Below, one piece after another: positions 1-11,079 of a stretch of DNA of 64,000 nt; the first letter of the stretch is position 1; every line of letters starts with the position of its first letter. The notes beneath the pieces were generated by a model. That model did no database searches. It saw nothing but the letters and a program-made list of their open reading frames with translations, and was not told the origin of the DNA. The stretch lies in assembly GCF_009914755.1 (NCBI RefSeq), contig NC_060947.1. One strand, 5' to 3'. Position numbers and translations under genes: made by a program. This DNA comes from the human T2T-CHM13v2.0 reference genome, Homo sapiens.

Positions 1-280
1 AAAAAAAAAGTCCTATAAAAATATTTTTAAAGATTATAAAATATATATTCATGATATGTTAATATATAACAATTCCAAACTACTTTCTAGATTTTTACTA
101 AAAATTAAGGTTATGGCCGGGCGTGGTGGCTCATGCCTGTAATCTCAGCACTTTGGGAGGCTGAGGCAGGTGGATCACGAGGTCAGGAGTTCGTGAGCCA
201 ACATGGCGAAACCCCGTCTCTACTAAAAGTAAAAAAGTTAGCCAGATGTGTTGGCCCATGCCTGTAATCCCAGCTACTCA

Positions 281-500
<220 letters not shown>

Positions 501-1612
501 CAATATAAAAATGAAAAATTGTAGGACTAAGACTGGGGGTAAAAAAATGATGGAATGTCTAGGCAAGTTGCTGAGGGTTTATGAAGGATGAGCCTTGGGA
601 AGGGAGTCTTATATATCATCTGGTTGGTTGGGATTGAAAAGAAATTGTTTATCAGTTTTTCTAAAAATTGAACATTAGTATCAAGGGTGCACTGAAGCAG
701 GGTGAGTCTGCTCCTCTAGGTTTGAAACAGGTTTTCTTAACATGTTGATCTGTTTTTCTTTATCTTTTAAATAATCAGTCTAAAAAAACAGGGATTTTGT
801 TTTAAGATAGTTTCTTAACTGCATTTATTAGGTTTTTGTTTTTGTTTTGTTTTCTGAGACGGAGTCTCGCTCTGTCACCCAGGCTGGAGTGCAGTGGTGT
901 GATCCAGCCACTGTAGTAAGCAAGGTTGCTCACTGCAACCTCCATCTCCCAGGTTCAAGTGATTCTACTGCTTCAGCCTCCCGAGTAGCTTGGATTACAG
1001 GTGCCCACCACCACGGCCGGCTAATTTTTGTCTTTTTAGTAGAGATGGGGTTTCACCATGTTGGCCAGGCTGGTCTCCAACTCCCGACCTCAAGTGATCT
1101 GCCTGCCTTGGCATCCCAAAGTGCTGAGATTACAGGTGTAAGCCCCCACACCCAGCTATAATTAGCAATAATGTAATAAATTTAGTTTGTACAATGGTTT
1201 TGAATGAAGATCCCAAGCCTAGGGGCCACCAGCTAAACAAATCAGAAGACTACGGGGCAATTGAGTGAGACCTCTTATAGTCTTTGAGTAGTATTTTGGG
1301 ACTGGGTTGAATTAAAGCAGAGTGCCGACTCTATAAAAGGGACCACTAGGTGAAGGAAAAGATTTGGGGTCAGGTTCTGTCAAGTGAAAAATGTAGACAT
1401 TCAGGGGGTAAGATTCTCATTATGATATGAAGACTTATTCTGGCATCTTGAGAAAAGCTGTCTACAGTGTGGAAACATCAACTTCTCATCCTGACTTGTC
1501 GAGCAAATGTCTCTGGTTATGGCATTGGACAGTTTGGTGAACTTTTTATGTGGTCCATACATCAGGCATGAGACTTGTTCTTTAAAATTTGTGCAGTTTC
1601 ACCTTGTAGGAC

Positions 1613-2166
1613 TTGTAAATCAAAAATAAAATCCTAAGCCCCCTGCCCCCAACCATCTGAAAAGACTTCCTCCTAAGCCAGGGCTCTTTTAAAATTTAAC
1701 CTGAGAGACGGTTTCAGGCCATGACAGGAAGTGGGGGTCAGACATGCCTCATTATACTTCTCTGGCATCAACATCAACACAGACTTGAAGTCTGATAAGA
1801 AACATGTTGGCCGGGCGCGGTGGCTCACGCCTGTAATCCCAGCACTTTAGGGGGCTGAGGAGGGCGGATCATGAGGTCAGGAGATCAACACCATCCTAGC
1901 TAACATAGTGAAATCCGGTATCTACTAAAAATACAAAAAATTAGCCGGGCGTGGTGGCACATGCCTGTAGTCTCAGCTACTCAGGAGGCTCAGGCAAGAG
2001 AATCGCTCGAACCCGAGAGCCAGAGGCTGCAGTGAGCAGAGAAGGAGCCACTGCACTCTAGCCTGGCGATATAGTGAGACTCTGTCTCAAAAAGAAAAAA
2101 AAAAAATGTTACAACCTATTCTCTCTGAAGCATAGTACCTGAAGGCTTCCTCTGCAAATAAGAACT
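1613..2166 (+). mobile_element. MER4-family LTR 5' half with Alu insertion (1809-~2105)
   Basis: TGTAAATCAAAAATAAAATCCTAAGCCCCC...CAGACATGCCTCATTATAC. Confidence 0.75.
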
Positions 2167-2182
2167 CAAAAAAAACTAAGAG

Positions 2183-4990
2183 CGACTCACTTCACGTAAT
2201 CAACTTTCACAATGGTTAAAGCAGAGCCCTGCTTAGCAATGCACAAAAATTCTCCTTTGTGACCCATTCATTTTACTGCTGTTGACTTTCTTGCTTATCC
2301 TTTCAGACAGAGACACTCTTCTTTGACCAAACTTGAGTGGGGCTCCTCTGAGTCCTGTTTCTGACTAGGCCCCAACCTCGGGCTCTGTCCTTCATCCAGG
2401 GACTCTGCCCATTTAGCCTGTTTCAGCAAAAATCCTGTCAAGTCAGTTTAGCCAGAATCCCCCTGCACCTGAGGTTTCCTCCAAGTAATTTCCCATCTTC
2501 TGACCCCCCGACCCTACTCCTTGACTACAAATCCCCACTTGTCCTTGGTGGAGATGAAGTCGATCCCAATATCACTCTCCCACTGCAAGACCCCATTGCA
2601 GTGGTCCCTGTGCGTATCACAGAAGTCCCCCCTCTGAGTAAAATCATCCTTACGATCTTTTTGTTATTTTCAGAGACAAAGTCTCACTCTGTCACTCAGG
2701 CTGGAGTGCAGTGACCCAATCCTAGCTCACTGCAGCCTCAAACTCCAGGGCCCAAGCAATCTTCCTGCCCCAGCCTCCTGAGTAGCTGGGACTACAGATA
2801 CGCACTACCAAATCCAGCTATTTTTTTTTTAATTCTGTATGAACCCAGGAACTTGATATGCCCATCTAATTCTTGTGGTTTTTTTTGTTTTTGTTTTTGT
2901 TTTTGTTTTTTGTAGAGATGGGGTTTCACCATGTTGCCCAGGCTGGTCTTGAATTCCTGGGCTCAACCAATCCTCTTGCCTCGGGCTCCCAAAGTGCTGG
3001 GATTACAGGCATGAGCCACTGCAGCTGGCCCTTCCTTACAGTCTTTAATAAGTGCAATAAATACTTGTTTGCTTTAACATTTCCCTGTGTCTTCAATCTC
3101 CTCAAGTGTTATATGCCTGACATTGCCGTACTCCACCAAAAATATAAAAATTCCTTTCTTTCACGGGCGCAGTGGCTTACCCCTATAATCCCAGCATATT
3201 GGGAGGCCAAGGCAGACAGATAACCTCAGGTCAGGAGTTAGAGATCAGCCTGGCCAACATGGCGAAACCCCATCTCTACTAATTTTGTACTAAAAGTACA
3301 AAAATTAGCTGGGTGTGATAGTGTGCACCTGTAGCCCCAGCTACTCAGGAGGCTGAGGAGGAGAATCACTTGAAACTGGGAGGTAGAGGTTGCAGTGAGC
3401 TGAGATCATGCCACTGCACTCCAGCCTGGGTGACAAAGCGAGACTCTGTCTCCAAAAAAAGAAAAAAAAATTCCTTTCGTTCAACACTTTGGAGTTATTA
3501 CACCATTGTATCCTTGCCTCCAGTGTGGTATTTGAGAGATCTGATGAAGGCTGAAATATTTTTCCTTTGTAAGTAACCTGCTATTTTCCTCTGATCATTT
3601 AAAAAAAATTTTTGTCTTTCATAATTTTTCATTTCACTGTTCCTGTGTGTGTATGTGTGTGTGTACGATGATCCCTTTAAATCTTAAGACATTCGTCTAA
3701 ATCTGAGAAATTCTCACTCATTACTTGTTTAAGTACACTCTCCTTTTTAATGACTATGTTCTCTTCTTATAAGGCTACTATTAGATGTGTTTTGACATTT
3801 ATTCTTCTATGCTCCCTATTAATTAACTTTTCTTTCGTTTACTTCATCTCTATCCATTACCGATTACTTTTATGAATTCTTTAGACTAATTTCCTCAGGT
3901 CAGTAATTGCTTTTTCAACTATATCCGTTTTAATATCCAATCTATCCCAATGAATTATGTATTTGAGCAGTTAATGTCTTCATATCCAATCTATCCAATA
4001 GGTTTTATTTTTATTTATTTATTTGAGACAGAGTCTTGCTCTTTCGCCTAGGCTGGAGTGCAGTGACTCGATCTTGGCTCACTGCACCTCTGCCTCCTCC
4101 TGAGTCCAAGCAATTTTCCTGCCTCAGTCCCTTGAGTAGCTGGGACCACAGGCATGTGACACTATGCCTGACTAATTTTTGTATTTTTGTAGAGACGGGG
4201 CTTCACCATGTTGGCCAGGCTGGTCTCGAACTCCTGACCACAGGCGAGCCGTCTGCCTCAGTCTGTCAAAGTGCTGGGATTACAGGCATGAGCCACCGCG
4301 CCTGGCCTATCTCTGGAACTTCTATTGGATGAACGTTGAAACTTCTGGGATCTATTCTCCATTTCCTTTATTATTTTCCTTTCATATTTTCTATTTCATG
4401 ATCCTTTTCTGCTATACGGTGAAGTAGTGCCATGCCTGAACACATTTTTTCATTGGGTTGTTCCAGTTTCTCTTATTGATATGCAAAAGCTTCGTTGTAT
4501 ATTAGAGATGGTTGCTGTTAATTTATTGTGGATGCTTCACCAATTTCCCCAACATTTGCCTTTTTAAACAGTTGTTTATGGTGTCTTTTGAATTAGATGA
4601 TACTTTAATTTTTACATCTTTAAATTTGTCAGATTCATTGCTCATAGCCTTGGTGTAATGTCAGGAAATGCCTATGCCAACTCAAGATGTCTTACACTGT
4701 AATATTTTCCTAAATTGTCATCTAGTTCTTTATGACTTCACGTTTTCACATTTAAGTCACTGATTTTTTAGAATTTGTTATTTTATGTGGTTTAAATGGA
4801 TAGACACTTGTCAAGCAATCATTTATTATGCAACCCATCATCTTTTGCCCACTGTTTGGAAATGCATGCTGATGTTTTCATATAGATTAGTCTGTTTCTT
4901 GACTTCTATTTTGTTTCACTAATAAATGTTTCTATGCGTATTCATTTTTTATTGCTGCTGTAACAAATTTTGAATAGCTTAGACACTGCT
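2183..4990 (+). repeat. Direct duplication of about 30657-34095
   Basis: Colinear MER31, Alus and old L1 sequence. Confidence 0.92.
2305..3080 (+). mobile_element. MER31-like LTR interrupted by Alu pieces
   Basis: CTTTGACCAAACTTGAGT.GGCTCCTCTGAG...; paralogue at 30780-31528. Confidence 0.65.
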
Positions 4991-5358
4991 AGGCGCGGTG
5001 GCTCACACCTGTAATTCCAGCACTTTGGGAGGCCGAGACAAGTGGATCGCTCAAGGAGTTCAAGACCAGCCTGGCCAACAAGGTGAAACCCCATCTCTAC
5101 TAGGGGTTGGTGATGGGCGCCTGAAATCGCAGCTATTTGGGAGTTCAGAACAGTTCCCACTAACATTATTCCCTCATACACACCAGGGCTGAGTGAAAAA
5201 ACAAATTGCACACAAAAAGTTAACTACAGAGGCCATTCATATAAAATGCTAAAACATGCAAAACAAGAGTATATATTTTTATGGATAATAAGTAAATGGT
5301 AAAGTATAAAAACATGAATGAGAATAAAAAACCATCAAATTGAGAAGAATGGCTGTAA

Positions 5359-5619
<261 letters not shown>

Positions 5620-6925
5620 TAGCAACAAGGTTTCACCATGTTTGCCAGGCAGGTCTCAAACTTCCTCATCTCAGATGATCCACCTGCCTCAGCCTCCCAA
5701 AGTGCTCAGATTACAGGCATGAGCTACCACACCCAGCGCGTTTATAGTATTTCTAATACTCTGAATAAATAAATCAGATCTAACATAGCTGTGGGGTAAT
5801 GTTGAGATCCGACTGGACTCAATAGTATTCCACATACTTTTCCACGTGTTTGAAATATTTCATTTTTAAAGGACATGTTGTTCTTGCTAAGCACTGTTAA
5901 TGAATCAAAGGACAGTTAAGAAAATGTTACAAGTGAAAATATAAAAAAAGAAAATATTAAAAGCAAAGATCTGCAAAAAAAATCCAGAGTTTCTATAATT
6001 AACAGCATGTAAGTATTGGATAAGTATCTTATGAGAGAGGATAATGAACACATTATGTAATAAAGATGGATGTTTCTCTGTATTTTATCAAAACCAAAGA
6101 GTCTTCTCATTCCCAAATAACCCCAATTCTCCGTGATGAGCTTGGAAGGGATTTTGAAAGAGTGATCCCTGATCCAAAACACAGAGAGCTTTCCCACTTG
6201 TCAGTGAGCAGAGATAACATAGAGTGAAAAAAAGACAAGTTCTTGCGAAGAGATTTTTGGGCATTTCAGGACTATTAATGGGACATATGTATTTACTTGC
6301 TCTTCTGCTCTGACAACACAATTATAAGACAAGGTCAGAAAGTCCAAACTGTCTCCAATAGACCTATTACTCGCCAACTAAACAGGCCAGATTCTACAAT
6401 CTCCCACAATCACTATAAGAGATCTGAAAAGCCAGTGCTTGAGTATCTGCCAAGTTTTTGACGTTAAAGGACTGTTTTTATACTGAAAATATTTCAGAGC
6501 CACTGGACCAAATCATCCATGGTTCATCACACATTTAACAGCTTAATTCACATACCATAAGTTTCACCCATTTGAAGTGTACAATGATTTTCAGTTGTTG
6601 CACATCTTGAGTGGATACAGTTCAGATTCCCAACCAATCAATTTAATTATTTGGGAAAAAGTAAAAGATATGTAATGGAATAAGATGAGACTGTGATGGG
6701 GTTTAGTCCCCATGTGATAAACCATGAGATGGAAAATTCTGAATTGAAGCCACAGATAAATGAACCAACCATGACTAAACATAATTTAGAAGCAAATCTC
6801 AAATAACTCCTCAACAATCAGTGGACTCATAACCTCTGCTGCAGAATGCCCTCATGCAACAGAAGTCTCTCTAGAGTTTGGAAATCTTCACCAACAAAGA
6901 AAAATTCTGATGTATTCTCTTTCAG

Positions 6926-6975
6926 TTGAACATCCTCAGATGACTTTCGGCAGGCTCCATAGAATCTTCCCGAAG
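6926..6975 (+). pseudogene. SSX paralogue exon-5 homologue (VEHPQMTFGRLHRIFPK)
   Basis: Intact AG/GT, 50 nt. Confidence 0.9.
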
Positions 6976-8638
6976 GTGAGTGTCTCTCAAATCTAAAGGA
7001 CTAGAGAATCTTTGTCCCTCCACGGATATGAACACTGGTAAGAGTGGAAGAATATCAAAAATACCCTCACTGCCTCCTCCCCATGTCTATCACAACACCT
7101 GATGTAGCATCAATGGCTTGATAATACTAACAGTTGTGATCCTTAATATTTCTTTTGTTTTCATAGAGATGCCATATATTCTAAACAGTTTACATGGATT
7201 AATTTATTTAATCCTTAAGAATACCTCTACGACGACGTTTCTATTACTATCTCCAAATAATAATGAGTCACACACTTCAGTTATCATCCATATAAAAGCC
7301 ATGTGAGTTGGCGCAAATCTTCTAAGTTCTCTGAGATCCAGACTTCTGGTCAATGAAATGGCAGTAAAGAATAATAGTTCATGTTATAGATCATAGTTAT
7401 CAGTAAAATAATAATGAAATGAGGCTCTCCTTGTACAGAGATGTTAAAGAATTTTCCTGAGGCGCAGTGGCAGTGGTAGTCTAATCCAGAGCTCCAAGCC
7501 ATTTGAAGCTCATTCACGTTTGCATTTGTTTATGAAGTTCAGATGTTGCTCACTAAGGCTTTACCCCATAGGGCCTGCTGGTGCTTCCATTGAGACACCC
7601 ACTCTCACAACAGGAAGGACCAGCTGGCCTCTGCTCTGTTACCAGGGCCACTCGCATGGCTTAGGAATCGGTTTGACTCTTCACGGTCCCTCCCTACTGT
7701 GAGCTCCTTGAGGGCCTTGTCTACAAGTGGGGCATCCGGGAAGCCCCCGTCCCAGCCCAGGGGATCCCTCGGATTCCCCTGAATGAGTGATCCCAAAAGT
7801 GCAGATTCAACTCTGGTTTAGAGGGTAAAGGGATCTTGGAGTTGGGTTGCCATTGTGGAGACCAAATTCAAAGAAGGATCATGAAAAGTATTGTTTTTTA
7901 TTATTACTACATTTAAACAGTGTTTGCAAGCTCAGAGAGGACATTCCTTTAGCCCATTTTACATGTATTTTTCACTATTTCATAAGTGAAAAAGCTGTAT
8001 AAATGTAGTTTAACAATGTTGGTCAGTGACACATCCCAATGCAACCAGAATTGGTATGGGTACCACCTCACTGAATTCCACATTCAATGTTGGTGCCTCG
8101 GTAGGCTGGTATGCCAGATCTGGTACTGCTTTCTTTGCTGCCTAGATTAATTTCAGCAAACTATTTCTTTCCCTCTCCCTTCCCTGTATTCATCTCTCCA
8201 CACCATCTTTCCCAGCAGTGTTTTGTCCCCTCTCTATGTTTTTATATTTACTCTCCGAGCAGCTGTCTACAAGCTTATATGGGATCCCTTGTATTTTATA
8301 GAAGCTCTTCCTTTTGTAGACCTTGTGAATTCTTAGAATGCTATGCTCCAAATCTTCTGTATACCAAACTCTCAATTACATGGAGATTTTTGCTGTTTGC
8401 AAGAATGTCAGTCTTAAAACAGTTTGAAGATAAACATTCTAACCCTGGAAACCCCAGTCATTTAGGCCATTCCTTTCCCTTCTAACCTCCCAGGTTTCTC
8501 CTAATTTAGGCCTGTGTAACAATCCCAGCATTGTTGAGAACATTGATTAAGGTAATGCATGTGAAGATTCTTTGTAAGCTCTAAAGCACTGTAGAAATGT
8601 CACTGATACAGTTTATCTGTCACCTTCACATTATACAG

Positions 8639-8774
8639 ATCATGCCTGAGAAGCCAGCAGAGGAAGGAAATGATTCAAAGGAAGTGCTAGAAGCATCTGG
8701 CCCACAGAACGATGGGAAACAGCTGTGCCCCCCGGGAAAAGCAAGTAGCTCTGAGAAGATTCACGAGAGATCTG
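8639..8774 (+). pseudogene. SSX paralogue exon-6 homologue ([16 protein letters not shown]...EKIHERS)
   Basis: Intact AG/GT, 136 nt, open; seen in ORF 8597..8917. Confidence 0.9.
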
Positions 8775-9032
8775 GTAAGAGGAAACGATTTGGGAACAAC
8801 CCCTCTGGCTTCCCTGGCTATGTTCAGGTGTGTGGACTGGGTGTGTGGCATGGATCCCAGACAAGCCTGGGTCCAGACTGGCCTGAGGAGCTCACCCAGC
8901 TTCAGATGAGATGTTAGGCATGACTACCAGAGACACACATTTGAGTTGTCATCCATATAAATGTGCTCAAGCAATTCTATCTGTGATAACCTGGGATCAT
9001 ATCATACTCAGCTCAATGCCTGATACCCAATA

Positions 9033-10596
9033 CAGGTGTACTTCAGAGATATTGCAGGTTCAGTTCCAGACCACTACAATAAAGTGAGTCACACACATTG
9101 TGTTTCATTTGTTTCGCAGTGCATAAAAACATTATGTTTACACTATACTATAGTCTACTAAGTTTGCAATAGCATTATGTCTAAAAATGTACATACCCTA
9201 ATTTTAAAATAATTCATTGTATAAAAATGCTAACAATCTTCGGAGCCTTCAGTGAGTCACACTCCTTTTGCTGGTGGAGGATCTTGCCTCGGTGTTGATG
9301 GCTGCTGGCTGATCTAGGTGGTGGTTCCTGAAGGGTGGAGTGGCTGTGGCAGTTTCTTAAAAGAACACAACAATGAAATTTGCCACATCAGTTAGCTCTT
9401 CCTTTCATGAAAGATTTCTCTGTAGTATGTGATGCTATCGGATAGCATTTTATCCATAGTAGAGTTTCTTTCAAAGTTGGAGTCAATCCTCTCTTGCTAT
9501 GAAAGTCCTAGATGGCATCTTCTTCAATATAGAAGGCTATTTTATCCGTATTGAAAATCTGTTCTTTAGTGTAGCCACCTTCATCAGTGACCTTAGCTAG
9601 ATCTTCTGGATAACTTGCTGCAGCTTCTCCATCAGGGTTTGCTGCTTCACCTTGAGCTTTTATGTTATGGAGACGGCTTCTTTCCTTAAACCTCATGAAC
9701 CAACCTCTGCTAGCTTCACACGTTTCTCCTGCAGCTTCTTCACCTCTCTCAGCTTTCATGGACTTGAAGAGAGTTCGGGTCTTGCTCTGAATTAGACTTT
9801 GGCTTAAGGGAATGTTGTGGCTGGTTTCGTCTTCTGTCCAGACCACTCAAACTCTCTCTATTTGAGCAGTAAGTCTGTTTTGCTTTCTTATTTGTGTGTT
9901 CACTGGAATATTAGTATTATTATTTCCTTCAAGAACTTTTCCTTTGCATTATATACTATTATTTCCTTCAAGAACTTTTCCTTTGCATTCACAGCTTGGC
10001 TGGTGCAAGAGGCCGAGCTTTCAGCCTGTCTTGGCTTTCAGCATGCTTCCTCACTAAGCTTAGGCATTTCTAGCTTCTGATTTAAAGTGAGAGACATGCA
10101 ACGAACACTTAGCGGCCATTGTAGAGTTGTTCATTGTCCTAATTTCAGTGTTGCTGTGTCTCAGGAAATAGGGAGGCCCAAGAAAAGGAGGAGAGATGGG
10201 GAAGAGCTCATCGATGGAGCAGTCAGAACACACACAACATTGATCGATTAAGTTTGTCATCTTCTGTGGGTGCAGTTCCTGTTACCCCCAAAATAATTAC
10301 CCACAACAGGGTGATTACAGTCAATAATAACTTAACTGTACATTTTAAAAAACTAAAAGAGTGTAAATGGATTATTTGTAATGCAAGGATAAATGGTTGA
10401 GGGGATGGATACCCTATTTTCCATGATGTGATTATTACACATTGCATGCATGTATCAAAACATCTCATGTACCCCATAAGTAGATACACCTATTGTGTAT
10501 ACAAACAAAAAACAGAAAGTATTTTAAAAGACTAAAAAACAACTACAATAATAACATCGAAACTCACTGATCACAGATCACTATAAGAGATATAAT
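9033..10596 (-). mobile_element. Tigger1 DNA transposon (internally deleted, one end lost) with an L1MA 3' fragment at about 10300-10545
   Basis: TA-CAGGTGTACTTCAGAGATATTGC terminus; ORF 9508..9846(-) is pogo/CENP-B-type transposase ([14 protein letters not shown]). Confidence 0.88.
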
Positions 10597-10817
10597 CGTT
10601 AATGGGTGCAGCACACCAACATGGCACATGCCTCCATATGTAACAAACCTGCACATTGTGCACATGTACCCTAAAACTTAAAATATAATAATAATAAAAT
10701 TAAAAAAAAATAAATATATTTGAACCTAATTATATACATTCAGAACTTCATACAAATTTGGACTGGAGTTATATACAAATTTATTAAAATAGTAAAATTA
10801 AAAATAATAATAATAAT
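10597..10817 (+). mobile_element. Short L1PA 3' end followed by non-L1 sequence and a second A-rich tail
   Basis: GGGTGCAGCACACCAACATGGCACATG...ACCCTAAAACTTAAAATATAATAAT; absent from SSX1. Confidence 0.8.
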
Positions 10818-10978
10818 GGGTTAAGGTCTCAGCCTCTCTAAGCCAGAGAATGTGAAAAACTGGATAAAGAAGGCCCATGGGCACTTGGGATGGGGAGGCA
10901 TCTCCTTTTTTTAAGAAAACAGAGCCTAACACTCTCCAACCTACCCAACTCTTATCTTCCAACTCTTCTCCATCATAG

Positions 10979-11079
10979 GAACCAAAAGAGGGAAACATGC
11001 CTGGATCCACAGACTGCGTGAGAGAAAGCAACTGGTGATTTATGAAGAGATCAGCGACCCTGAGGAAGACGACGAGTAA
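10979..11079 (+). pseudogene. SSX paralogue exon-7 homologue ([33 protein letters not shown])
   Basis: Intact acceptor, open to TAA 11077-11079. Confidence 0.9.

Noticed and set aside
847-1161. Numerous 60-160 aa ORFs with [25 protein letters not shown] motifs throughout the window
   Set aside because: Alu translations.
8111-8485. 124-aa intronic ORF duplicated at 56261..56638
   Set aside because: Pyrimidine-rich intron 5 sequence with no homology I recognise; the similarity reflects the duplication.
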